Assembly: GCA_965645245.1 (NCBI GenBank)
Contig: OZ287079.1
Coordinates: 1,240,001-1,304,000, forward strand
Origin: Massalongia carnosa
Taxonomy: Eukaryota
DNA: 64,000 nucleotides
Direction of reading: 5' to 3'
In this document: piece after piece, positions 36,308-50,456 of the stretch
Layout of the letters: the number at the start of each line of letters is the position of its first letter
How positions within the stretch are numbered: position 1 is the first letter of the stretch
Made by a program: the position numbers and the translations under genes
The notes under the pieces: model-generated
What the model saw: the letters and a program-made list of their open reading frames with translations, nothing else
What the model was told of the DNA's origin: nothing
Database searches by the model: none

Positions 36308-39300
36308 ATGGGAGGAAATGAATTGTTTGCCAGGGCGAAGATCCCTGACCCTGAGTTCAACTGGTCTGCAAACATTGGCAAGTCAATAATTTTGGGTAAA
36401 TGTATTCTAACGGTGAAGGAGTAGGATTTTCCTAGTAGAGCTTCTAGTCTCCAGTATCTTGTGTGTTTCCAAACCTATCTTGCTATCCATTTTACCTACC
36501 TTGTAGCTAACGACCGCAGAACAATATGGTTTTTATTTTTCTTCAATCGACTGTTCGCAAGTCTGCTGTCCTACGCGATTCGGGTGTACACATGGCATAA
36601 ATATCGAGTGTACATTGACATCCAAGCCCTTCAATTCTCTTTGCTTGGAGGGCGGGTCTTTTTCAAAGGCTTGCGATATCATGGTCATAACGAAACCGTA
36701 TTGGTTCATGATGGCTATATCACTTGGAGATATTGGCTTCGACGCGTTCGCCAAGGGGAGAGCCATAGATCATCTCAACGTCCGCACGGAACTATGGCTC
36801 AACCAAGCAAGGGAGACGACAGCGATGGGCGAACTCGCAATGTGGATGCAGACAATGGTAGAGCTCGCCGCAACTTACCGTGTCGGATTTGTGTCAAAGC
36901 TCGGGGCTTAGAATGGTTTGTATACAATCGGAGTTCGGCCTATGATTTCATTCTCAAAAACATGTCAAATGTAGAAGAAGAGAAGGTTGATGCAGCTATG
37001 GATGCAGAAGAGCCAAAAAATGGAAAGAGCGTCAGCCAGGAGATATTCGGCATTGATGAAACTATCTCTGCTCAGGCTCAACAAGCAGATAAGGAAGGCC
37101 ACAGCTCATTCCCACCACTTTCCGCGCAGTCTTCTTTGCATCAAGATAGTGAAGTCATGCCTGCCCTTCCAAGCTTATTACAGATACTTCCAGTTAAGAT
37201 AGAATGCAGTAAAGGTGCGATTGTGATGGGAAACCAAAACACACGCTCTATTCTGAAAGCCAAGTTTGAAATTGCGACAGGACATCTTGAAGCGCGTAGT
37301 TCAAGATCAGCGGACAAATACAAACAATGCATCGACTTCGACTTTGTTCATCCGGTCATCCAGCTCAAGGCCAACAGGGACTTTAAAGAAGTACAGCTTG
37401 CTGAAGGTGTTAAACACCAGGCGGAAGATGGACAAAGTACGGCTCCAACGGCGAAACATTTCGTTCATTTCAGTTCTAGATTCAGCGAACGGTTACTTAA
37501 TGCCTCAAAGTATTATCGTTCAATTTTCCCATTCTTCAAAAGTACTCGAGATTCGCTGGTCCCAGATCATCGAGGATCAACGACCAATCATCATCATTCT
37601 GGTTACGACGGAGTAATACCAGGACAAAGCCGGTGGCTTGGACTGACTCGGTATCTCGATGACGACGATGAGACCGTGGAACAAGAACGCTGGAAAGCGA
37701 TTGAATATGCCCAATCTTTGACTATCGTTGACTCTCCAAAGATTGCAATGAGCTATTACTGGGATGTTCCTGGCCTTATCCCCATGAGCATCTATAGGAT
37801 GCCCCAACCATTTGACTATAGCTTAGAAGATATTAATGGCGACATCTCTCCAGAATGGGGTGTTCATTTTCGTATTTTTGGAGGAAATATCAGGTATGGT
37901 CCATGGGCTGATAGGCAGCGTACCGACCTGCAGGCGCTTTTTTTCCCTGGTCTACATAAGGACGCGATCCGGGCGGAACTGCTTAAGCCCGGAGATTTGA
38001 GAATGAGCACGATATTTAAACTTGTCGTTGAATTCGAGGAGCAGACTACGTGGGGAGTACCTACTCGTGAAGAATCCAAGGACGGGAGATGGAGAGGACG
38101 GGAGACTGCCAGAAGCGGGACAGACTCGAACCAAAAGGTGAAAAAAGAACAATATAAGAAGAAAAGGAAGAAGGGAGAAGATGCCAGTATTTCGATGCCA
38201 GACGTCCGTCCATTTGGCTGGCTTGACGTGAAAATATTCGCAGATTCTAGCATAAGCTTCACGATGGATCTAGTAGCTAAATCCAGTGGTTTCAATAACC
38301 GAGTAGATCTTGATCTTCGTGGGCCTGAAATATCAACAAGTGTTAATCACGGCTTGCTATGGCGCTCAAAGTCCCAGAAAATATCCTGTGATCTCTCGTA
38401 TCCCCTGAAATGGAACGCGCTACATCCGTGGAATATCGATATTCAAAGTGATGGTCCCGAGCTTTTTCTTCTTCGGGACCACATTTTCTTATTAACTGAC
38501 CTGATTAGTGACTGGACCTCTGGCCCAGTAGGAGATTTCCATACCTTCGTACCATATGATTACAATATCAAGCTTCATTTTAATAATTGTAAAATCTATC
38601 TCAATGCCAACGATTTTAACATAATCAATAATCCGTCAGATACAAATGATAACACGTTTGTGGTTCTTACAGGCAAGGATCTAGCTGCGTTTATCAAGAT
38701 TCCGTTGAGAAACTTCCGCTCTGCTCGCAATCAAGTCACATTCGTTGCTGATGTTCATGATGGTGGTATGGAGCTCCGTATGCCCCTGTGGAATACATTC
38801 CATACATTTCTTGATAATCCTGATGTTGCCGTCTTAAAAGCTCTTAAATTAGATGGGTCTTATGAGTATTTCGCATCTACCTTGCCGGGGTTGACAGACA
38901 CTTTGGTCTTAAATCTCCATGGCGAGGGTCTTAGATTATACTTGTATGGGTTTTTACTTCGATACTTGATTAAAATCAAAGATAATTATTTTGGCGAGGA
39001 CCTCCATTTCCGCACCGTGGAAGAGTACCAGGACCAAATCGCCCGACAAGAGCAGTTTGGTAAAGAGGCTATCAAGTTTGAGCAACATCTACGACCGGGT
39101 AATGACTTGGATGTCATCTTGGGGATTGCCGTCGGAAATCCACGACTGCTTCTGCCTTCCTATATATATTCTGCCACCGAGACCGTTAATATGGAAATGT
39201 CATCAATTGGCTTAGACCTTCGACTTACCAATTATTATATGGACCTTGCCATTATACTTAGCCCCATTAACATATCCCGTGCTAGTTCTGACACGCTGCC

Positions 39301-42300
39301 AAAAATTACAACTGGCTCTGATTTACTCACAGAAATATTTATCGACGGTATTCAAGTTTATGGACACCGTCTGTTTGGGCTGCCTCCCACAGAGCCTACT
39401 TATCTTTGCAATTGGGACTTTGATTTCGGCTCCATCACCGGGGAATGTTGCGTGGAATTCATTCAAAGTCTCATCTTGGCTTCACGCTGTTTTGCTTTCG
39501 TGTTCGAGGACGCCGAAAATGCTTTACCAGGTTCTCATTTGCAAGTAATCCATGATATTACATTTGTTCGTGTGAGAATACAACCTGTACACATCTGGCT
39601 GCGCCTTGATCAGGCAGCTTTTCTGTTGAGTTTACATGAATCAAAAATACGATACGACGACTTCGCTGGTGAGATCTTCTCTGAAAAATTTCAGGTGGAT
39701 GTACCTAGTTTGACTTTGGCTATGATAAACCTTGAAGGAAAATCTATCGCTGCAGGTACTCAACATTCGCTGGTGCTCAGCAGCGCTTATCTAGAAACAG
39801 CGGTTGATGCTAGGATGCTCAAGCGTGGGTTACACTTTTATAATGATCGCCAATTACAGCAGAACCATATAAGGCAACACGATATGAGAACGCACCGGAT
39901 TCCATGGCTCATCCACGAACTTGAACAGTCAGCACTACCAGAAGGGCTTTATCATCGGCTGAAAATAAATCCACCAGCTATGTCTTTCCCTTTAATGCCA
40001 GAGCCCGTACTGGAGGTGTTCGGTTCCATAATAGACTACTCTCTGAATTCATCTGTCTCCGTCCAAACATCAGCATCCAAGCTGACCATGGGTCGTAGAG
40101 ATTCCTTTCTTGCAAGGAGCTCGTTTCGGAATAATAGAGGCGATTACCGTCTTAGCAGTAAGGCTTCATTACGCTCTTCAAGAAGAACCAAAACCGGCCA
40201 AGGAAATTTTCGCGCCTCTAATAAATCTTCGTCTACCTCAGCGGGAGATAGGAATCCTCGAGTTCCTTACCTCCCAGAAAATCTACCGTCTCCTGATAGC
40301 TGTATTCAAGTACACACCGCTGGAAAGCATTTAGGTCGTCCTGATTTCGTATTCTCGACTCCATACAAGAAACCTTACTTTTCTTTGGCAGGAATTCAAC
40401 TAGACTCCAGCGCCTTACCTGCGTTACCAAATAAACCGCCAGCGGATGCTACTAATGATTTCTTGAGCGTATTAGAAAATAGCGAAATACAAAGACTGGA
40501 TCAAGAAACCGAAAAAACTAGTGTCATGCTTCAATTGGTGCATGGTGTCCGGGCCTTCTGTACCCCAGAAGCTATTTTCAGCGTTAATGGCCTATTAGTA
40601 AAGATGCAGAGTCATGATCCGGTAACTTTATTGGACAAACTGCAAATTGAAACAGTAACGGAAACGCCGAAATTACTCGAGAAGAACAGCGACCATAGAA
40701 ATATTGTTGAAGTCCGGCTCAGCATACCACTCTTGGAAGCAAGCCTATCAAACACTGCGCATTGGAGTCTATCACTTGGCTCGCGAAGTCATCAGTACAT
40801 TTTGAGTTTTAAGAAGCTTGTTGGTACTGTCAGATCATCTCAAAAGCTGCCTAATGGAGAGGCGAGTCATTGGTCAGGGCGTCTCAGCGCCAACGAGCTC
40901 AGCTTTTCTGCTTCGGAACTCCAAGATACTTCTCATCAGCAGGCCGCTATACAGGTCACTATTTACGATCCTTTATTTTGGATGTTTAAAGGCTCAAACC
41001 AAACAGCCAATTTACAATGCAAGGAAACAGGTCTCTTTGCAACAAGTAATGGCTTCGATTTCTTAACTTCGTTATCTCGAAATACTTTGATTATATATAA
41101 TAAGATTAGTCAAGCTTTATCGACTAGGGAAGACGAAGAGACCCCACGTTTGCGACTTCTAGTACTTGCTCTCAGCGCGAACAGTGATGATATTCCAGAT
41201 CCGCCATTCTTGACTAAAGCTTCTTATGTTTTACGGAGTGCTACTAATCACCCGAGGACTGTTGACACTTGGAAGTTGATCTCCCGCCTTCGATATGTAC
41301 AAAAATCATTGCCTGGTCTTGAAGAACAAATTAATACGCAAAATGCCCGAATAGACCTCCTATACCCTGATGATTTTGGCAAGCACGTACTTGAGAGCTT
41401 CAATCATTGGCGTGGCTGGGACGTAGCTCATATCCGAAAAAGTCATTTAATGCAAAGAGTATACGGTCCTTTGATCAACGCTTCTTCTGATCATATCAAT
41501 CAAACCATCCCCTTCAAAATTTCGATGAAAGTTGAAAACATCAGTATTCTGTTAGAGCTCGGACCAAATCAGAGCAGCTTTCTTTTTGAGAGGCTTGTTA
41601 TTGGAGCATCAATGAACCAGCCTTGCCTGGCGACGAGTAAACCTCTTACAAGCATACACTCTGAGTTTAAGAGTTTGGTTGCTCAGGTACAATGTGTCAA
41701 GTCAACAATAGACATCGATTGGGATTTATACCTGTATTTTGAGGAGGTCCTTAAGATGTTTCGGGGTCAAAATACAACATCATCTATTGCACAGCAAAAC
41801 TTGGCGAGTACTAGGATTTCGACAGAAAACTATCGTCTGCATTTGATCATATCATTAGAAACAAGTATTCTAAACTTCCATGGCCTCAGTTTAGGAATCT
41901 CATCCGCATGTCAAGGTTTCCAGACTTCTGTTGTTCTAGAGCCAACACTGGCCTCTCAGACCGCTTTGATGAATGCACTTTTCAAGGTCAACACCATGAC
42001 CTCTAAAGTACAGAGTCACTCAAAAGTAATAGTACTCTCCGAACTGGACAAACCAAGCATTTCTTGGTCTGCCAGCGGCTATGGCCCAAATATTGAACAT
42101 CGCAGGGCCCAGACTTTGCTATGTTCCTGTCATGAATTATTGCTCGAGATTTTCGAAGACCCCTTGGAATTACTGGAAACTGTAGAAAGAATGCTAAGGG
42201 GAGAGGTAGCACATTTTCATGCCCTAGTGCGCCATTTACATCCGAAGGTCTATCCGAACCCATCTTCGATAGAATCTTCATATGATATGAATGAGTGGAA

Positions 42301-45300
42301 TACTTTCTTGTCGTTTTTTTTGAACTCGTTTGTCATCAGCTTTACAATACTGCCATCATTGAAGTATTCTCTAGCTGGGAAGTCTGCTCAGGGCTCGATG
42401 CAACCTGGCAAACATCATCGGTCACAATTAGCGGTAGACTTTGAACTCAAAGGCCATTCCCATGTGTTCACAATGCAGAACAGAGACTATTTTGATGAAA
42501 TATCTTCACTGAATATTCCCCCTATCAGTGGTAGCACTAGTATGGACCTTGGATCTAAACCCAATGTGTTTGTCCTGCATGTTATGATTCACTATGTCTT
42601 GTTAGACGCTTCAGCTGTACATTCTCTGCTTGATACAATTAGTCAACCAGAGATTGCAAGCCTTACTGGCAGAGTGTCTCATGAGTTTTCTCTCCTCCAG
42701 AAGATTTGGCAAAAAGAGTTCTCCCTTGAAGACACAGCTTCGGGAAGGAAGCCGGCAGTTCAAGATTTGATTTTGTACAATGTGCATATTTGTTTGACGG
42801 GCTTCGCTATAGTTGCTAACGTCCCAGAATATGATTCCACCCCCCCTGCACGGCTGCAATTTCAGTCTGGCTGCATACTGTTGAAGGCAAGCAACGTAGG
42901 TACAGCAAATCAGGGACAGTCAATGCTACCTAAGCTGGAGCTAAAGCTGAAAGACTTAAAGATAGAACTCTCAAGAATCGCAATCTCGGAGTTTCAGTCT
43001 TGTGGCTATGTAAGTCTTAACGTTGTTTTGAATCTCACGTCAAAAATAAGCGACGATGAAAACCTTGTCCCTTTGTACATGGTCCAAATTAACACTCCAA
43101 CCGTCAGATTGTACGCGCAAACAGCATCAATGACGGTGGAATTTTTGGGTTATTTTCAAAATACGCTGAAAAAGATTGACCTCTCTAAAGAGGTGAAAGG
43201 TTTCCAGAGACTGACTCGAGTCGGACTTCAAAGAGATAGTATTATCTTCAACCCTTTTCCTGACGATCATGCTCAGGTTAATGTCATCTCACCTGCTGTT
43301 TTCAATGCTATGTACTCTTTAAAGATAGAAAATGGTTTCATCCACTGGAAAGTGGAGTTAGTAGTACCGCTTCCATCTAGTCGCGAGGCTGAGGACCTTA
43401 CTGTCTCCTTCACTAAGATTGAACTTTCTACTCGGAGGGATAATGCCGCTCGTCTTTCTATTGAAAACCTTCAACTTCAGATGGTGCCAATTTCAAAGAT
43501 AGCGGCCGGTCGATCTCTGAATTCAGCCCTTTTGCCAGAGGTAGTCTTTAATGTTGCATATCTGTCGACTCAAAACGATCGACGACTTGCTTTTCAAGCT
43601 GCCGGAAAATCTTTAGATCTGCGTCTCACATCACATTTCATTCTACCAGCAAGTGATCTGAGCCGTTCTTTTGCGTCTGCGTTGAAAGAAGTACGTCGAT
43701 CAACTGCTTCTTGGAATGTCGCGAAAAAACAAGTGAACGGTCGTGGAAGAAAGCTTCTTGGGGAGAAAAGGCTAGCTTCGCTTCTTATTGACGCAGACTT
43801 TGCAGGAGCCGTGGTGCGTATTCAAGGTCGTAGTGGTTCAAATCTTCAGAAAGCGACTTTCGAGGTCCCTAGTGGCAAAAGTGCACCCCAACACGGCCGC
43901 AACGGTCAGTTCTCGCCCCAAAACGCAAGTAATAGCACAACCTTACGGGCCCCTGGAGTTGCCGTCAAAGTTGAGTTCAAGGATCTGGGCAACAATGAAC
44001 CATCACTGAACGCAGAAACCAAGGTTGATGCATCTTCAAACACCCTCTACCCAACTATAGTCCCTTTGATCATGGAGATTTCTTCAAGCATCAAAGAAGT
44101 CGTTGGTGAGTCTGATACTAGCGAACATCCACCTTTGGAGCCGAAACCTGCACCTTCGAATACCTTCGAGGATGAAGGAGTTCGCATAGCGGCTCCGAAC
44201 ACAATACTCAGACATTGCAAACTTAACCTTGGCCTACGTGTCTGTAAGCAAGAGTTCAGTCTAAGCTGCCAGCCAATTGCAAGAGTTGCTGCTACAGCTC
44301 GTTTCGAGGGTATCTATATAACGCTTAACACTGTAGATTCCATCGATAATGAGCACTTTTTCACTCTCTCGGCCAGTTTCCACCATTTACAGGCGTCTGT
44401 TCAGCACGTATATTCAAGGGAGTCAACTGCTAGCTTTGTCGTTAATTCGATTGTTCTGTCGACGATGAACAGCAAGCATATAAGCCCTGTGAATGAAATC
44501 TGGGCAATCCTCAAGATCAGTCCCATCAAAGCCCAAATAAATGTGAAACAGTTGCATGATTTCCTGCTCTTTCGTGAAATATGGGTACCTCCTGACCCTC
44601 AGAATTCATCTCTTAGGCCTGAATCTAAAACGCAGTCGGAATCTCAGGCTTTCATTGTACAGCGATATCAACAGGTTGCTGCTGCGGGTGCTTTCCCATG
44701 GAACGCCATAGTTTCTGCTGCCGAGTTGGATATTCAGCTTGATTTAGGCCAATCCTTGGGCAAGTCTGCCATTGTTGTGTCCAATTTTTGGATCTCGAGC
44801 AAAAAGTCCTCTAATTGGGAGCAAAATCTATGCCTTGGGTTTGATAAAGGAGGCATTGATAATATGGGCAGAATGAGTGGATATATCGAGCTGCAAAACT
44901 TCAAAGTTCGGACATCAATTCGTTGGCTTGCAATGGAACAGATTCTTAACCAAGCGCCTCTGGTTCAGGCCTCTCTAGGCTTCGATCACTTACAAGCCAA
45001 AATTGCTTTTGAGTTCCAAGTGTTCTTGGTTACAGACATAACCGAGTTTGAATTTTTAATGTATAATGTCAGGGACAGCCTCCAAGCACACAGTGATCGT
45101 CTGGTTGGATTCATGATCGCTGAAAAGGTACAATTGTTCTCGACTACGAATAGTGCCTCACAAGGCCTTGCGCTCTACCAAACCATTGAGCGCTTGATCC
45201 AAGAGAAAAGGGCTGCTTACGAGAATTCTCTGAGAGAGGTTGAGAAGTTCTTGCGTCGCAAATCATCCGTTATTCCCTTAGCAACAAATACAGCCGAAAC

Positions 45301-46138
45301 CCAACTAAAGGTTGCTGAGAAGACGGCGAAAACGCCACTCCAGCTGCAAACAAATGTGGTTGTGTCCCTCAAGGCTGTCAATATTGGAGCATTCCCTAGC
45401 ACTTTTTTTGACAACCAGGTATTCAAACTAGAAGCGTTTGAGACCTCCGCACGCTTTGCCGCGAAGCTGGATAATGGAAAAATCTATAGTACCTTGAGCA
45501 TGACCATGGGCCAACTTCGCGTTGCACTCTCAAGCGTAACTAGAGGTAATACGCCAAAAACTCTTCAGGAAGTTCAGGTGGATGAAGTTGTTGCATGTGC
45601 CACGGGCTCTCGAGGTGGTACAATCCTCAAGGTGCCCAGAGTAGTGGCATCAATGCAGACTTGGCAAATACCCGAATCGAGCCAAATAGATTACATTTTT
45701 CGAAGCTCGTTTCAAGGCAAAGTGGACGTAGGATGGAATTACTCGCGGATCAGTTTTCTGCGTAGTATGTGGACCGCTCATACCCGTGCTCTGGCTCAGC
45801 GCTTAGGGAAGCCCTTATCACCATCCGCCCTACAATTCACAGGTGGACTCCCACCAGAAGGAGATGATGGGGTAGATAAGTTCTCGGAGGTTCGCCAGAA
45901 AACAATTACGGCTGTAGTCAATGTGCCACAATCAAGCTTCCAATATACAGCCCTTCAGCCACCCGTCATTGAGACACCTCAACTCAGAGACATGGGTGAG
46001 GCGACACCACCACTTGAGTGGATAGGCCTTCATAGAGAACGACTGCCCAACCTGACTCACCAGATTGTCATTGTTTCATTGCTTGAGGTTGCGAAAGAAG
46101 TAGAGGATGCTTATCACAAAATCCTTGGAACTTCTTAG
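36308..46138 (+). CDS. CSF1: Csf1/BLTP1-like bridge lipid-transfer protein (~3200 aa)
   Basis: ATG 36308 MGGNELF...EFNW, two short introns, then IFLVELL/FFFNRLFASLLSY. Motifs GPWADRQR, GHRLFGLPPTEPTY, C-terminal PQLRDMGEATPPLEWIG. Confidence 0.9.
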
Positions 46139-46862
46139 GTCGAGACAACTGTCTTCGATTAGGCTTCGGGCTGGCAACGGTATTCAAATGCTTCCCAAAC
46201 ATATGGCTGAGCCTTAAGCCTTGATGCTTATCCACAATACTTTTCAAACGCTTACGCCCTTCCAAGGGGTTCTACGAAATAAAAAATTTCCGTGCAAACA
46301 GTCTCTAGTTGAAAACTTCTCATTTTGGGGCTCTACCTCTTTAAGAACTTATTCCTTGGTGACTGAAAAGCCAAACACTTGATGGAAGGTTGCCTGCTTG
46401 CACCCGTAATAAGCTTACAGCGATGACTTTATGGCAATGCAAAATTTAAGGAGCATTTTGTTCATGACTCGATGTGAGACTGAAATGTTTTTAATTAAGT
46501 CTCTCGGTGTGCACATTGGAATGACTTAGTTGTACTCACAGAAAGTGACTGCTTTTGACGAAATAGGTTAGACCACAAATAAGCGAAAACTGCGGGGCTC
46601 TTGGCGTCGCTTTCAAATCACAATCCACGAAACGGTAGAACACTTCATCTTCTCAGTCTTTTACACTTGTTGACAAACACTTGACATTTTCTCAAGTTCT
46701 ATTGTCTCAGTTCTGTGAAGACAAACTCTCTACATCATTAAAGGCATATTCTATCAGGTCGAGCGAGCCCTCGGTCCTGCAAAGCGGAGTTATTTGCTTC
46801 CCAACTGTTATATTCTTCAAATACCTTAGAATTCCGCAAAGCTCGAATATTCTACCGCCAAG

Positions 46863-49783
46863 ATGGTCAAGTAAGTCTTATCCACCGTCTACATTAGTTT
46901 TGGATCCTTAATTCCCTTTGTATTATGATCTTCGAAATCGAAGATGAGAAGGAGCAAAGAAGCTGCCGTATATTTCTTGAAACCAACGACAGGCTAACAA
47001 TTTGGTTCAATATAGCTTTACCGTGGAGGAAGTATGCTTCAAATTCCGTTCTGGCTCGGTCCATTCCATTCTAGCAGTCCTGACTGATAATGTCTTAGAT
47101 CCGGGCGCTCATGGACAAGCCTGCTAATATCCGAAATATGTCGGTTATTGCTCATGGTATGCTTCAATTCACGAATTCAAACTCGAGGTGTATATTGTTT
47201 GTTCTTTCTAACACAACTATTAATAGTCGACCACGGAAAATCTACTTTGACAGACTCTCTTGTCCAGCGAGCTGGTATCATCTCAGCAGCAAAAGCTGGA
47301 GAAGCCCGATTTACGGATACCCGAAAAGACGAGCAAGATCGATGCATTACAATCAAGTCAACAGCTATCTCTTTATATGCTCACATGGCCGATGAAGAAG
47401 ATCTAAAGGATATTCCCCAAAAGGTAGAGGGGAATGATTTTCTTATCAATCTGATTGACTCTCCTGGTCATGTTGATTTCTCTTCTGAAGTCACAGCTGC
47501 TCTCCGTGTTACTGATGGAGCGTTGGTTGTGGTGGATTGCGTTGAGGGTGTATGCGTCCAAACCGAGACTGTGCTTCGGCAGGCCTTGGGCGAGCGTATT
47601 AAACCTGTTGTTATTGTTAATAAGGTCGATCGCGCCCTGCTTGAACTGCAGGTTTCAAAGGAAGATCTATATCAGTCCTTTTCAAGAACTATCGAGTCCG
47701 TTAATGTGGTCATTTCGACATACTATGACAAAGTGCTGGGCGATGTCCAAGTCCAACCTTATCAAGGGACCGTTGCCTTTGGCTCTGGCCTGCATGGATG
47801 GGGTTTCACAGTCCGCCAGTTTGCAGTGAAGTATGCTAAGAAGTTTGGAGTTGATAGGGTCAAGATGATGGAACGTCTATGGGTAAGTGGTTTTCTGGGC
47901 ACGTGTTTCGTCTCTTGTTGACAGTACATACAGGGGGACAATTATTTCAACCCCAAGACCAAAAAATGGACCAAGGTGGGTGAGTATGAAGGCCAGACTT
48001 TGGAGCGTGCGTTCAACCAATTTATCCTGGATCCTATTTTCAAGATATTTGGAGCCATCATGAATTTCAAGAAGGATGAGATTCCAACACTATTAACAAA
48101 ACTTGAAATCAAGTTGAGTGTTGAGGAAAAGGACCTGGAGGGAAAACAGCTTCTTAAAGTCGTTATGCGAAAATTCTTACCTGCCGCGGACGCTTTACTT
48201 GAAATGATGATTATTCACTTGCCATCACCTGTCACCGCACAGAAATATCGAGCTGAAACGCTTTACGAAGGACCTCCTGACGACGAGGCTTGCATAGGCA
48301 TTCGGGATTGTGATCCCAAGGCTCCTCTTATGCTGTATGTCTCGAAAATGGTTCCAACCTCCGACAAAGGCCGCTTCTATGCTTTCGGGCGCGTTTTCGC
48401 CGGGACTGTGCGATCAGGTTTGAAGGTCCGTATTCAGGGACCAAATTATACCCCCGGTAAAAAGGAAGATCTGTTTATTAAGGCAATTCAACGCACAATA
48501 TTGATGATGGGCCGCTTCATTGAACCTATCGAGGACGTGCCAGCTGGTAATATCCTCGGGCTAGTCGGTGTGGACCAGTTTCTTCTCAAGTCTGGAACAC
48601 TCACAACATCCGAGACAGCTCACAATCTTAAGGTTATGAAATTCTCCGTCTCTCCCGTTGTGCAGGTGGCAGTTGAAGTTAAAAACGCCAATGACCTACC
48701 GAAGTTAGTTGAAGGTCTGAAGCGCTTGTCAAAGTCGGACCCGTGTGTCCTTACTTTCATTAACGAATCTGGGGAGCACATAGTTGCAGGGGCGGGCGAA
48801 TTACATCTGGAAATCTGCTTAAAGGATCTTGAAGAAGACCATGCAGGAGTACCGTTACGAATTTCTGACCCTGTTGTCTCTTATCGTGAATCAGTGGGTG
48901 GTGTATCGAGCATGACCGCACTATCAAAATCTCCAAATAAGCACAACCGTCTGTACGTCACAGCAGCCCCGTTGGACGAGGAGGTCTCCAAGGATATCGA
49001 AAAAGGCAGAATTAGTCCCCGTGATGACTTCAAGATCCGTGCACGTATTCTTGCTGACGATCATGGTTGGGATGTTACTGATGCGCGAAAGATTTGGTGT
49101 TTTGGTCCCGAAACTACGGGGGCTAATCTACTTGTCGATCAGACAAAGGCAGTGCAGTACTTGAATGAGATCAAAGATTCAGTGGTGTCTGGTTTCCAAT
49201 GGGCGACAAAGGAAGGCCCTGTTGCTGAGGAGCCCATGCGTTCGGTCCGGTTTAACATCATGGACGTTACTCTTCATGCAGACGCCATCCATCGTGGAGG
49301 TGGACAGCTTATCCCCACAACCCGTCGTGTACTTTATGCTGCTACACTTCTAGCAGACCCTGGTCTACTTGAACCGATTTATCTTGTCGAAATCCAGGTA
49401 CCTGAGCAAGCCATGGGAGGTATCTATGGTGTACTCACCCGACGGAGAGGCCACGTCTTCTCTGAAGAGCAGAGGCCAGGAACGCCGCTATTTAATGTTA
49501 AAGCCTATCTACCTGTCAATGAGTCATTTGGATTTACCGCCGATCTTCGATCGCATACTGGGGGTCAAGCATTCCCTCAGTCGGTATTTGACCATTGGCA
49601 GATCCTGCCTGGCGGGTCGCCACTCGATCCAACAACCAAGCCTGGGCAAATCGTTCAGACGATGCGGAAGAGAAAGGGTATCAAGGAAGTCGTCCCGGGT
49701 GTTGACAACGTAAGTTCACACGCACACATGAGTATGCACATCCCATGCTGACGTCGATGTTAAAGTATTATGACAAATTATAA
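46863..49783 (+). CDS. EFT2: Translation elongation factor 2
   Basis: MVN/FTVEE/IRALMDK micro-exons, [19 protein letters not shown], diphthamide loop [13 protein letters not shown], final exon YYDKL-TAA. Confidence 0.97.
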
Positions 49784-50456
49784 GCCAAGACTCGCATTTA
49801 TCTCGGAGTGAAATCTGGAAGCGAAGTTGGACAATGATCGTGAAAGCTCGCTTCTAGCTCGTGAAAACTAAACCTTTGCAAGCTATAGTGAGGTTGTGAT
49901 TGGGGATGGATGGGAGAAAGACCGACGAGGTACAAGGGATTGCGGAAGGCATTGATCGGGGACTTGATTAGAGGCGCTGGTCCATCATATGAACAAAGTC
50001 ATTGTAGATAGAAAGACCCATAATGGACGTCAAGCGATTAGTCGTGCAAGAGATTATCGAAGAATCTTCCATTTATAATACCCGCCTGGATGCATAAGTA
50101 GGTGTACACTGACTTCCCCTAGAACAACGTCACAAGGCTAGAGGAGATAGGAAGAATGTTGACCCGAACATTAACTAACAAACAAGGTACTCCGTGCAGA
50201 GTATTTGATTCCTCCGCACTACATGCAGAAACTTCTATGGCCAATTGAAGTGCAAAGCGATAATTATCTTAGAATACCAGTAACATTCACATAGTTATTT
50301 GGTAGTTTCCACTCCGTATAGAGTGATCAGTTTCGTATCAAAGAGCTCCATGGTGTGCCTTGACGAAGTCTCTTGTTCTATTTTCAATCCTGTCAAATAC
50401 ATTTGAAGGCGCAAAGTTCTATCTTCCGCACATACTCCTTACAAGTGCCAAACAAT

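Noticed and set aside
36461..36519. ORF-track start of the 3225-aa protein
   Set aside because: This stretch is an intron (GTGTGT..CTAAC..CAG). The better-supported start is ATG 36308.
46871..47016. Possible intronic snoRNA in the longer first intron of eEF2
   Set aside because: No convincing C box (RUGAUGA) with D box (CUGA), and no H/ACA layout visible.
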